From contig JAZDJU010000031.1 in the NCBI GenBank assembly GCA_043803685.1, positions 85,301-149,300 of the forward strand: a stretch of 64,000 bases of DNA, read 5' to 3'. This document shows, piece after piece, positions 27,407 through 38,200 of the stretch. Position numbers and translations under genes: made by a program. The notes beneath the pieces are model-generated. The model searched no databases and was not told where the DNA came from. It saw nothing but the letters and a program-made list of their open reading frames with translations. The DNA is from Candidatus Omnitrophota bacterium. Lineage in GTDB: Bacteria > Omnitrophota > Omnitrophia > Omnitrophales > Aquincolibacteriaceae. Each line of letters opens with the position of its first letter. Position 1 is the stretch's first letter.

Positions 27407-27832
27407 ATGAATAAGAAATTGATTCCCGCCCTTGTCCTTATCTCAGCGATCACCGGCTTCGGCATGGCGCGATCCGGTCAATACGACGAAGACGCGCGCG
27501 CGCAGGAAAAGATCCAGAAACAAATGGATGTAGAAACAGCGACGCCGGAGGAACGTCACCCCATGAAGAATTTCGCGACGGGCGTCAAAGAAGTCACCTA
27601 TGACAACGTCCGGGACACCTTAAGTGATACCGCCAAGGGAACCGCCCATGAGAAGCCGATCGTCGGAACTCTCGACGGAACCCAGCAGGCCGGCGAAAAA
27701 GTGGTCGATAACACCATCAAAGGCGTCAAGAAGGTTGCGTCCCTCGGTTACGCGAAAGACGACAGCTATGAGATCGCCCAACCTGAAAAAGGTTCCGGCG
27801 AAGCCGCCAAGATCAAGCTCTTCAAGTTCTGA
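27407..27832 (+). CDS. secreted hypothetical protein
   Basis: 141 aa with a signal peptide; GGAGAGG RBS. Confidence 0.7.
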   Translation: MNKKLIPALVLISAITGFGMARSGQYDEDARAQEKIQKQMDVETATPEERHPMKNFATGVKEVTYDNVRDTLSDTAKGTAHEKPIVGTLDGTQQAGEKVVDNTIKGVKKVASLGYAKDDSYEIAQPEKGSGEAAKIKLFKF

Positions 27833-27833
27833 T

Positions 27834-27947
27834 CAGACTACAGTCGTTAGACTGCAGCATTTAAAAAATAGGGGTCGTCACCGTTTTTCTAAAAAGGTGA
27901 CGACCCCTTCTTTATTATTAAGTCTGTAGTCTCTGGTCTGAAGTCTG
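27834..27947. repeat. nested hairpin: heptamer arms enclosing a 13-bp perfect IR; probable bidirectional terminator
   Basis: CAGACTA-type arms around AGGGGTCGTCACC...GGTGACGACCCCT (27870-27908), between convergent genes. Confidence 0.75.
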
Positions 27948-27954
27948 AGGCCTA

Positions 27955-29718
27955 TTAAAGATTGAATTGCAGATCGTAAAGCTTCTTGTACATCCCGCCC
28001 AAGCGCAAAAGGAACTCGTTCGTCCCCTGCTGGACGATCTGTCCTTTGTCCATGACAAGAATGCGGTCGGCCTTTTGGATGGTGGAAAGACGGTGCGCGA
28101 TCACGAACACCGTGCGATCCTTCATGAGATTCTCCAAAGCGCTCTGAACTTCTTTCTCGCTTTGCGTATCAAGATGCGAGGTCGCCTCGTCGAGGATCAG
28201 GATCGGCGGATCCTTGAGGAGCGCCCGTGCGATCGCGATGCGCTGACGCTCGCCGCCGGATAGTTTGAGCCCCCTGTCCCCTAGCGGCGTGTCGTAGCCT
28301 AGTGGAAGCGCTTCGATAAAATGATCGGCGTAGGCGATCTCGGCCGCCCGCTTCACATCTTCGATGCTCGCGTCCGGACGCCCGTAAGCGATATTCTCGC
28401 GGATCGTGCAATTAAAAAGCACCGTTTCCTGCGACACGATTCCGATCATGCCACGCAAAGAATGAAGCGTCAGGTCCCGGACATCCCTGCCGTTGATCTT
28501 GATCACACCCTGGACAGGATCATAGAAGCGAAGGAGCAGGTTCACGAGTGTGGTCTTGCCGGAACCGCTCGCTCCCACGAACGCGACCACTTCATTGTGC
28601 TTGGCTTTAAGCTCGATGTCCTTGAGCACCCACTTCTCCGGCTCATAGCAGAAACTCACATGCTCGTAACTGACCTCGCGGACCGGCTCTGAAAAAACAA
28701 GGGCTCCGGGCTTGTTGTGTATCGTGGGCTTCGCGTCCAGTACCTCAAAAATGCGCTGTCCCGAAGCGATCGATTGCTGGATCGTACTGTTCACCTTGCT
28801 GATCTTTTTGAGAGGCTCGTAACAAACATAGAGCGAAATAAAAAAAGCCGCGAACCGTTCCGGCGACAGGTATTGCATCCCGTACCACACCGCGAACGCG
28901 GCCCCGATCGATCCGATCACTTCGATCAACGGACGCTGGATGATCGTGACCTTGATGGTCTTTCTGAAAAATTTAAAAACGCTGTCATTGATCTCCTCGA
29001 AACGACGGATCTCCCGCTCCTCGCTCGTAAAGGCCTTCACAATGTGAGCCCCGGCGAGGGTTTCGCCGATAAAAGACGTAATGTCCCCCGTGCGCTCCTG
29101 CATTTTTTTCGTCAGTTTGCGAAGCTGCTTGCCCAAAAGCACGATGGGGATCGCCACGAGCGGAAAGATCAGGATCGCGATGAGCGCGTATTTCCCGCCC
29201 CACATAAAGATGAAGGGAATGTTGAAGAGAATGACGAGCGGTTGCTTGACGAGGTCCGTGATCACGTCCGTGATCGCGCCCTGGATCTGGCCGACATCGT
29301 TCGTAATACGGGAGAGGAAATCCCCGGTGCGGCCTTTGGCATAAAAATCATGCGAGAGATAGACGAGGTGGCGGTAGAGGTCGTCCCGGACTTTGCGAAC
29401 GGCCAGGATCCCCACATTGGCCATGTGATAGTTCGACACGTAATCAAAAAAACCGCGCAAAAGGAACACGCTCACCAGGATCACCGGGATCCAGATCATG
29501 GGGACAGCCACAGAGGTCAACTGGGGGAAATATTTTGAAAGGTAAGGGATATTGTCGACGACGACCTGGCTCTTCTGAAAGAACCCTTTCGTGATCACAT
29601 AGAGCGCCACCGAGACCAGCGCGTTCGCCATCGAAAAGGCCAGCATGCACGCGAAGGCAATGGCCAGACGCCAGCGGTACGGCTTCACATAAGTCAGCAG
29701 TCTTTTATAAATGTCCAT
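27955..29718 (-). CDS. msbA: lipid A flippase-like ABC transporter
   Basis: ABC TMD plus GASGSGKT, LSGGERQR and ILDEATS; located next to lpxB. Confidence 0.85.
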   Translation of the reverse strand: MDIYKRLLTYVKPYRWRLAIAFACMLAFSMANALVSVALYVITKGFFQKSQVVVDNIPYLSKYFPQLTSVAVPMIWIPVILVSVFLLRGFFDYVSNYHMANVGILAVRKVRDDLYRHLVYLSHDFYAKGRTGDFLSRITNDVGQIQGAITDVITDLVKQPLVILFNIPFIFMWGGKYALIAILIFPLVAIPIVLLGKQLRKLTKKMQERTGDITSFIGETLAGAHIVKAFTSEEREIRRFEEINDSVFKFFRKTIKVTIIQRPLIEVIGSIGAAFAVWYGMQYLSPERFAAFFISLYVCYEPLKKISKVNSTIQQSIASGQRIFEVLDAKPTIHNKPGALVFSEPVREVSYEHVSFCYEPEKWVLKDIELKAKHNEVVAFVGASGSGKTTLVNLLLRFYDPVQGVIKINGRDVRDLTLHSLRGMIGIVSQETVLFNCTIRENIAYGRPDASIEDVKRAAEIAYADHFIEALPLGYDTPLGDRGLKLSGGERQRIAIARALLKDPPILILDEATSHLDTQSEKEVQSALENLMKDRTVFVIAHRLSTIQKADRILVMDKGQIVQQGTNEFLLRLGGMYKKLYDLQFNL

Positions 29719-29907
29719 AATCCTCCCGGATCGGGGAATGGGAAACGGGTCACGGGGAACGATGACGTTCAACGTTGGCCGCTGCACGGCTCCCTGTGAA
29801 ACAAGGGAGCACACTGTAACATATTCGTTGACACTCCTCAAGGTTATGATTTAAGCTTCCCGATCGCTATTTTTTCCTGATAACTCATGAAATACAAAGG
29901 AGTTAGG

Positions 29908-30873
29908 ATGCCAACACCTCTAAAGGTCGGCGTGGTCGGCGTAGGACATCTCGGTAAGGAGCACGCCCGGATCTATCGCGATCTCCCCGAGGCCGAACTC
30001 GTCGGGATCTCGGACATGGACCCCGCCAAAGAGGACAAGGCCAAGGAACTCGGGACCGTCTATTACAAAGACTTCCGGGACCTTCTGGGCAAAGTCGAGG
30101 CCGTGAGCATCGCGACCCCGACCTCCACCCATTACGCGGTCGCCAAGGAATTTCTCAAAGCTGGCATTCACACCTTGATCGAAAAACCCATTACGCTCAA
30201 ACTCGACGAGGCCGATGAACTTTTGGAGCTCTCGCGCAAAAATAATTGCGCCCTGCAAGTCGGACATATCGAACGTCATAATCCCGGATTCAGACGCATC
30301 GAGGAGATCGCGAAGAACATCCGCTTCTTCGAGATCCACCGCCTCGGCCCCTTCACCGGCCGCATCAATGACTGCGGCGTGGTGCTTGATCTCATGATCC
30401 ACGACCTCGACATCGTGCTCGGGCTCATGAAATCCGAAGTTGTGAGTTTCGACGCCGTCGGCGTGAACGTGCTCACCCCGTTCGAGGACATCGCGAACGT
30501 CCGTATGAAATTCAAGAACGGCGCCGTGGCCGACATCACGGCTTCGCGTCTCACCTTCGAAAAACAGCGCAAGATCCGCATCTTCCAGGAAGACGCTTAT
30601 ATCTCGCTCGATTACGGCGCGCAAAGCTGCAAGATCTTCCGCAAGAACGGCACGGAGATCGCCCAGGAGATCGTGGACATCGAAAAAGCGGAACCCCTGA
30701 AAGAAGAGCTGAAATTCTTTATCTCGAATATCCAGACCGGAAAAAGTCCGGGGCATCCCGACACCGCGGCCCGTGACGCGCTGAAGCTCGCGCTCGAGAT
30801 CGCGCACAGGGTCCAGACAGAACACCCCAAGCCGAGTGTGCCCCTCCAGGATCCTGTCGCCAAGAAACAATGA
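29908..30873 (+). CDS. Gfo/Idh/MocA oxidoreductase, GnnA-like
   Basis: GVGHLG, EKP, GHIER, DLMIHDLD; directly upstream of lpxB. Confidence 0.8.
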   Translation: MPTPLKVGVVGVGHLGKEHARIYRDLPEAELVGISDMDPAKEDKAKELGTVYYKDFRDLLGKVEAVSIATPTSTHYAVAKEFLKAGIHTLIEKPITLKLDEADELLELSRKNNCALQVGHIERHNPGFRRIEEIAKNIRFFEIHRLGPFTGRINDCGVVLDLMIHDLDIVLGLMKSEVVSFDAVGVNVLTPFEDIANVRMKFKNGAVADITASRLTFEKQRKIRIFQEDAYISLDYGAQSCKIFRKNGTEIAQEIVDIEKAEPLKEELKFFISNIQTGKSPGHPDTAARDALKLALEIAHRVQTEHPKPSVPLQDPVAKKQ

Positions 30874-30901
30874 CCTCACAAAAAGCCACACACCACGGTA
30901 A

Positions 30902-30969
30902 GTGTCATGGTATCAAGGTGTCAAAGTATCAAATCTTTGACACGTTGACACTTTTGACACTATTGACAC
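30902..30969. repeat. octamer-repeat hairpin (family A)
   Basis: GTGTCATG GTATCAAG GTGTCAAA GTATCAAA tc TTTGACAC GTTGACAC ... Confidence 0.85.
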
Positions 30970-30979
30970 GATAAAAATT

Positions 30980-32143
30980 ATGTCTAAAAAAATCTTCCTT
31001 GTTGCTTGCGAAGCCTCGGGCGACCTCCACGGCGCTCATCTGATCGACGAGATCCGGGAACTTTCCCCCGACACGGTTTTTTGCGGCGTGGGTGGCGCCA
31101 AGATGCAGGCCACCGGCATGCAGATCTTCAACGACATGACGAAGATCTTGGCCCTGGGTTTGGGCGATGTCCTCCGGAATTACTTCAAGTACCTCAAGAT
31201 CTTTAATGAGACGATCGAGAACATCCGCCGCGAGAAACCTGACGCTGTGGTCGTGATCGATTCCCCGGCCTTCAATCTCCGGCTCGCGAAAAAGATCTCG
31301 GCTCTCGCGCCCGTCCTCTATTACATCTCCCCGCAGCTCTGGGCCTGGGGCAAGCGCCGGATCCACATCGTGAAAAAACACATCCGCGAAATGCTCGTGA
31401 TCCTGCCGTTCGAGAAGGATTTCTATGAGAAGGAAGGGGTCGCCGTCAAGTTCGTGGGACATCCCCTGCTCGATGCGATCCCGGAACTTCCGGCCGCTGC
31501 AACCCTTCGCGCCGGGATCGGGATCACTCCGAACCAGAAAGCCATCGGACTTTTCTCGGGCTCGCGGGAAAAAGAAGTGAAACGCATCCTGCCGATCATG
31601 CTCCGGGCGGCTGTTCATCTTCAGAAAGAATTCCCCGAAGCCGTCTTTTTCATTTCAAAATCCTCGAACGTGCGCCCTGAAGTTTATGACGCGCTCCTTC
31701 AAGGTCAGTCCCTTGTGACGCAATGTCCGGCTGTTCCTTTTTATGAACTGGTCAAAGCGATGGATTTCGCTTACGTGGCCTCCGGGACCGCGACGCTTGA
31801 GACCGCGCTTATCGGGACCCCGTTCTTTCTTCTCTATAAGGCTAGCTGGTCGACCTATTTCCTCGGCAAGCGCCTCATCAAAGTCCCCTACCTCGGACTC
31901 GTGAACCTTCTCGCGGACACCCGCGTGATTCCCGAGTTCATCCAGCAGGACGCCCACCCCGAAACACTCGCCCATGAAGCCAGGGTTTTTCTCCGAAGCC
32001 CGGAACTCCAGCAGAAGATGAAAGAGGAGTTCCGTCAGGTGAGGGAAAAACTCGGAGAAAAAGGCGCGAGCGCGCGAGCCGCCCGGGAAGTGACGGATTT
32101 TCTGGAGAATCCAGAAAAAAATCGTCATCCCCGAACGCTCTAA
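30980..32143 (+). CDS. lpxB: lipid-A-disaccharide synthase
   Basis: EASGDLHG, IDSPAFN, SPQLWAW, FVGHPL, GSR, SGTATLE. Confidence 0.95.
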   Translation: MSKKIFLVACEASGDLHGAHLIDEIRELSPDTVFCGVGGAKMQATGMQIFNDMTKILALGLGDVLRNYFKYLKIFNETIENIRREKPDAVVVIDSPAFNLRLAKKISALAPVLYYISPQLWAWGKRRIHIVKKHIREMLVILPFEKDFYEKEGVAVKFVGHPLLDAIPELPAAATLRAGIGITPNQKAIGLFSGSREKEVKRILPIMLRAAVHLQKEFPEAVFFISKSSNVRPEVYDALLQGQSLVTQCPAVPFYELVKAMDFAYVASGTATLETALIGTPFFLLYKASWSTYFLGKRLIKVPYLGLVNLLADTRVIPEFIQQDAHPETLAHEARVFLRSPELQQKMKEEFRQVREKLGEKGASARAAREVTDFLENPEKNRHPRTL

Positions 32144-32196
32144 TCGGGGATCCATCGCTCTGGATTCCGGCTCGCGCTTCGCTTGGCCGGAATGAC
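32124..32196. repeat. REP doublet (GTCAT...GGATCC / GGATTCC...AATGAC)
   Basis: Two hairpins closed by GTCAT/ATGAC; it supplies the last codons of lpxB. Confidence 0.75.
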
Positions 32197-32254
32197 AAAT
32201 TCTCCAATCTACAGCCTAAGGTCTGTTGTCTATTCCTTAGTTTCCCCTCAAAAA

Positions 32255-35200
32255 CTAGAAAAGCGAAAATCCGTAAAGCTTCATATCGAGAGAGGACGAA
32301 CCGGTCCCTTCCGTAACGAAAACGATCTCATCCACCAGCGGATATCCCGAAAGAATGAGGTCCGTATTGACCGTCTTGACAGCTCCTCCGGTATTTTGCA
32401 GGTTCAGATATTGCGTTTTTACAATGATCAAATTACCAAAACTATCTCTCGCTTTATATTCGATCCTCGCATTGGGCACCGGCGTCAAAGAAGAATAACT
32501 GATCTGGAGCTGGCGAACATTGATGGAAAGATCATTAGTGATCGCCGCGACGCCCATGCCTTGAAAATTGCTGCTCGTAAGATGAAGGGCCCCTGAATCC
32601 CAACTCGCAGCGGCATTGCCTCCGTTCAGGGCAAACGTGGCGATCGGCCCTTTCAAGAGATCCGTCCCAAGGACATGATTGACGGAGAAATTCACGACCG
32701 TTCGATTTCCCGCCAGATCAGATTCTTCGATCGTAAGCGTATTCGCGCCTGTCACGAGATCCGTAAAAGTTTTCTGTTTTAGCGAACCGTCTAGAGTGTA
32801 ATTCACCGTAATAGAAGACGAGGCGATCATCGCCGGAGTCCCGGGATCCAGTACCACGACGGGAGCAACGGTATCCACCGTCACCTGATGGGTCACCGTG
32901 GTTGAATTCCCGGCCAGATCCTTCTCCGTAATGGATAACGTATTCGATCCTTCCGGAAGATCTGTAAAAAGTTTCGTCTTCGAAACTCCATCCACCGTGT
33001 AACTCACTGTCAGCGTCTTCGCCTTGATCAGGCCCGGGATCCCAGCATCCAGCACCACCACGGGGGGCGTGAAATCATTCTTGGGGATCTGTCTCATTTC
33101 ACCCCCAGTACTGATCACCCCCATCATATCGCCGTAGGCGTACCACAGTTCGACCTCATCCGATCCATTGAGACTCATCCCGCTCAGGATGTTCCCTTCA
33201 TAAAGACGAACCACTTCCCTTCCCGGGCGGAGATAATTCATTTCCGTGAACCATTCATTGATTGGACCGCTACCCGTCATTTTATAATACGCGTGAAACC
33301 CAATAGCGAGATTTCCGCCACGCGTGTAAATGAGATGGTATACGGGGGCTACCGGCATGGAAAGCAACTGCAGATCCGCCACATTCACCTGCGGCGCGTA
33401 CTGCAGCAATAATGCCTCCAGATCCCCTCCCGTGTACTCCACGCCCACTTCCACTCCCGCAGGCGGCACAAAGCGGGCGGCGGGCACGAGCGTCATGCTG
33501 GTGATCTTGTCGTTCGGATATCCCTGCGCGTCCGGGAACAGAACCACGGCATCGGTAATGTACCAGTAAAGATAGCTTTCGGGGATCGTGATCACGTACT
33601 CGCCGGGACCGGACTCCGTCGCCGGAAGGTCAAATTGAACACTGTAGGCCGGATCATTGCTCCCCGCGTGCTTCAGCTCAAGCTTCACGCCCGTGACCGG
33701 CGTTGAAGACTGATAGGTGATACGCAATTCGCGGTCGGAGGCCCGGACAGCTTCAGGAAGGTGCCAGGCGGTCCCTTTGAACCCGTTCCATTCGAAATTA
33801 CCGCTCGTCCCGCTCGTGAGCGAGACCGGTGTCTGCGGATCCCAGATCGACTCGAGTTTCGATGTCAGCCCTTTATTTTCGAGATACCGGGTCATGGAAG
33901 CTCCTCCGGTCCCGGCCATCCCGAGCGTAAACGAAACCACGTTGTTGAATACCTGCTCTTTGACCACTTTGCCCGAACTCATGTTGATACCTTCCCAGAG
34001 ACCGTGGCTTGTAATGAGCTCCGGATGCTCATTGATCAATCGCTGCAATAAGGCTTCGACCCCCTCAGGACGGAACATGTACGCCGCCCCCAGGTTGTAT
34101 GTCGAAGGCGTGGTCTCCGAGACCCCGTTCATGGCGATCTCGTTAATGCCAAGCGAAAAGTTATATTGAATGCGGTCCGTATCGATGCTGTAGAACGTGA
34201 GGTCAAGCGGCCCGCTACCTTCGGAAGTCACGAAAACCACTTCGCTCAGATCGCCCAATACGCCGCTCTCGGGCAACTGAAGCGAAAGCGTGCGCACTTC
34301 CCCTCCTGTATTTTCCAGCGTCAGGTCCTGCACATACACGGTCGTCAGCACACCATCGATCTTCTGTTTGAATTCCAGCCTCGCGTTCGGCACCGCCGTC
34401 TGAGAAGAATACCGGATCTGCAACGCCGACCCTTCGAGCACGTACTTGCTGTTGTCGGTAAAAGCAACGCCGATTCCATTCGTGCTTCCGGCCGTCAGGT
34501 GAAAACTGCCGTCAGCCCCATAGCTCGGATTCACTACGTCCCCCTGCCAGCTGAATGCACTGACAGAGCCGCTCAAAAGATCATAAGAACCCACGTCATA
34601 GCTCGCCGACAAAAGCCCCGGCTGGTTGTTACGCTGAGCGTAATCGAGTTGCACGTCCGTGTAGGTCTCGAGCATCGCACGCAGATCCGGATCATCCGCT
34701 TCCGGCAACAAGAGCGCCGGCCAGTACATCTGGAAAGCACCGCTGAAAGGCTCAACAACGGTTCGGGTACTGCCGTCCTGCATCGCGTAGTCGCTGACCG
34801 AGAAATAAAGCTTATTGTAAACACTCGCCGGAAACGCGTCGCCGTACTGCAAGATGAGGAAGAGGAGCGGACCCATACTTTCCGCTCCAAAAAGATCGAC
34901 CGTCCCTTCCAGGTGACCATCCGAGATCACCATCGTCCGGGCGAACGTCTGGTTCGCGGCGTTATACATGGCCACGTAGCCTGGCCGCTGGTTCTCAATG
35001 AAAGCGTCGATCTTGTCCAGAATGCCGCCGGAAGCGTGGACCGTCGCGTTGCCCGAAAGCGACGCGTCCAGGAGCGCGCCGTAAGCGACCGCAAGTCCCG
35101 CCGTCATGTTCGTGTTGTCCTCGAAACTGACCTGGCGGCCGTAAAGATCGTCCATCCTTTCCCAGTCACCGTTGTAATAGCCGAGCCAGGGCAATAATCC

Positions 35201-38200
35201 CTGGTAGCCCAGCCTCTGTTGATCTTCGAGCAGATGGGTCATCATCACATCAAGCCGGCGGATCGCTTCCGCTTTTGAGATGGTAGAGGTCACAAGATCT
35301 CCCGCGGCGATCGTGGCGAGCAGATTCGCGTAAAACCCGAAGTTGGAGGGCTGAGTGATGCGGCGCTGGAGCCACCCCTCGAGCGGATATTCATGAGTCG
35401 ATTCGACAAGGCCAAAATCGGTCTCTAAATAAAGCATGTTGATCTGCGTCAAAAGGTCGGCAGCGGTCGTGATCTCCCTGGGAATGGCCCGGTAAACAAC
35501 AGCCCCGCGATCCTGCGCCGGATCTTGCCAAGCAACCTCCCCGTAATGAGCGGCCACAAAAGTTCCCGCGGTCTGCCAAACGCCTGAGCCATCGTCAAAC
35601 TGAACCTCGTAACGGACTCCGCGCATCGCCTGATCGATCTTAAGCGACCACTGGTTCGCGGCGCTCGGGACCTGCGTGATCACGGGTTCGACGAACCGGA
35701 TCGCGGGCAGTTCCGGCAGGATCTCAAGCGTATTAAGATCAAAGCGAACGGTACGGATCGAACCGTCATCTTCACGGACTGTGTAAGTCGCGATATTGTT
35801 CTGATACGTAACCGAAGTGGCAGCTCCATCGAACGTGATGTTCTGGTTTACGAGGAATGTTTTATTGAACGTTAGCGAATCAAGACCGAGCGCGAGGACT
35901 GTCTGGCCTCCCGGCGCAACAACCGCATCGACCAGTGTAAAAGTCCCGCCCGCCGCACCCGGCGTTTCATTCCCGAGACTTACGGTCCGAACGGCAGACG
36001 AATAATCGTTCCCTCCATACAAGCTATAGATATGGGCGTAGTACTGGCCCGAGGTCTGGTCATATTCCGGCTGAACCGCGAGGGACAGCACGTCGTTGCG
36101 ATAAAACCCGGTTCCGGGAGTCACGAGCGTTAAATAGAAACTCGAAATAAATTCCGGGTTGAACGTGCTGATGCGGATCCCTGTGGAGGTGCGGATCACC
36201 GTGCCGCTGGGATAGGTCCAGTCCGTTTTGAGCATGACGTAATTGCTGTAATAGAGGATCTGCGTCAGATCGCCTGCGACAGTCTGGGCCGTCCAGGGCT
36301 CACCGATCCGTTCCACGCGCGCCGTCCCTCCGCCTTCGTAGATCACTTTGCTACCATCCGGCGTCACGTCAAAGGTATCGGGAACGTCTCCGGCGCCGGA
36401 ATAAAGAAGCGTGATCCCGCCGCTCGGAATATATTTCAGTTCGAGCCGGGAAATATCGCCGTCCTGTATCACGCGGAAAGCGAAATTCGCGTTAGAGGTC
36501 GCCGGGACCCAAGGCGCCGCGGGAGGAATATCCACGAGGATCGAATCGGTAAAAACCTCTGAGATCAGCCCCGCCTTGTCCATGAGCTGGCAATGCACTT
36601 GCCGCGCACCGTTCCCCTCAGGAAGCGTGAACGACTGCGTTTCGCTGAACGCCGTCCACTCCGACCAGATTGTTCCTTGATCGGTGGAAAAACGGACCTG
36701 ATCGACGCCTGAACCGGCATCGGAACCAGTCAAACTGAAGGTCACTTCCGAAGACGTTGATGTCGAAGCGCCGTCATTGATCGAAAGCGTACCGACGGGC
36801 TTCACCGTATCCAAAAGCACGGTCACAGACGCGGACTCCGACCATTTTCCGGACCTATCCTGGAATTTCACATACATTTTTTTGAGACCATCGCTTGCCG
36901 AAAAGATGACCGGCATGGAAGTGGCGTATGCCTGAGCCGCAGACCAATTGAGCCCATCCCCAGAAAAACTCATCTGGCTCACCCCGGAACCGGCATCCGT
37001 TGCTGACAAATCCATCGTGGCAGCACTTTGCGTAATATACTGGGCACCCCCGTTGATCTTGATCGTTCCGGTGGGCGGCAGCGTGTCCAGAATGATGGAC
37101 TTCGAATAAACCGCACTGGCGTTCCCGGCCTTGTCGTAATACTTCACAAAAACTTGCTTAGCCCCGTCCCCGTCCGTCAGAGTGAACGTCTTGGATGTTG
37201 CGTAAGCAACGGGCGTTGCCCAGTTCGTTCCATCTATCGAAAAACTCATCTTGCTTATGCCGCTCCGGCTGTCCGTCCCGGAGAGATTGAGCGTCACCGT
37301 CTGCGAAGAGGCATACACGGCACCCGAATTGATATTGAGCGAACCCGTCGGCGCTACCGTGTCCAAAGTCACGGTCACGGATGTCACCGCGGACCACCTG
37401 CCGACCTTGTCCTGGAATTTCACATACACTTTCTTCGCTCCATCGCCGGTCGCAAACGTCCACGCTTTTTGCGCCGCATAACTCTCCGCCGTAGTCCACG
37501 TCGTTCCGTTCGACGAAAAACTCATTTTACTTAGCCCCGAACCCGCGTCGGTTGCGGCAAGGTCCAGCGTCACGGCGGTCTGATTGATGTAGGTAGTCCC
37601 GCCGTTCACCTTGACCGTCCCCGCAGGAGGAAGCGTGTCCAGAATGATGGACTTCGAATAAACGGCGCTCACGTTCCCGGCTTTGTCGTAGTACTTCACA
37701 TAAACGGTCTTGTTGCCATCGCCGGAAGGAAGCGTGAATGTTTTTGAAGTCGCGTAGGCCACGGCCGAACTCCAGGTCGTGCCATTCGTCGAAAAACTCA
37801 TCTTAGAGATCCCGCTTCCGGAATCCGCGCCGGAGAGGTTCAAGGTCACGGCCGTGGAAGTGGCGTAAAGAGCCCCTGAGTTAATATTGACCGCGCCTGT
37901 CGGAGGCGTTGTATCCAGAAGGATCGACCTGGAATACACAGCGCTGGCATTTCCGGCCTTGTCGTAATACTTCACATAAACTTTTTTAGTCCCATCCCCG
38001 TCCGCCAGAGTGAACGACTTGGAAGTCGCGTAAGCGACGGGTGTGGTCCAGTTCGTCCCATCCGTCGAAAAACTCATCGTGTTTATGCCACTCCGGCTGT
38101 CCGTCCCGGTAAGATTCAACGTCACCGTCTGCACCGCGGTATAAAGCGCTCCCGAATTGATATTGATCGTTCCGGTCGGCTTGACCGTATCCAAAGTGAC

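Noticed and set aside
6432-30969. Periodic repeats as CRISPR arrays
   Set aside because: Units are 7-8 bp with no unique spacers, and no cas genes are present.
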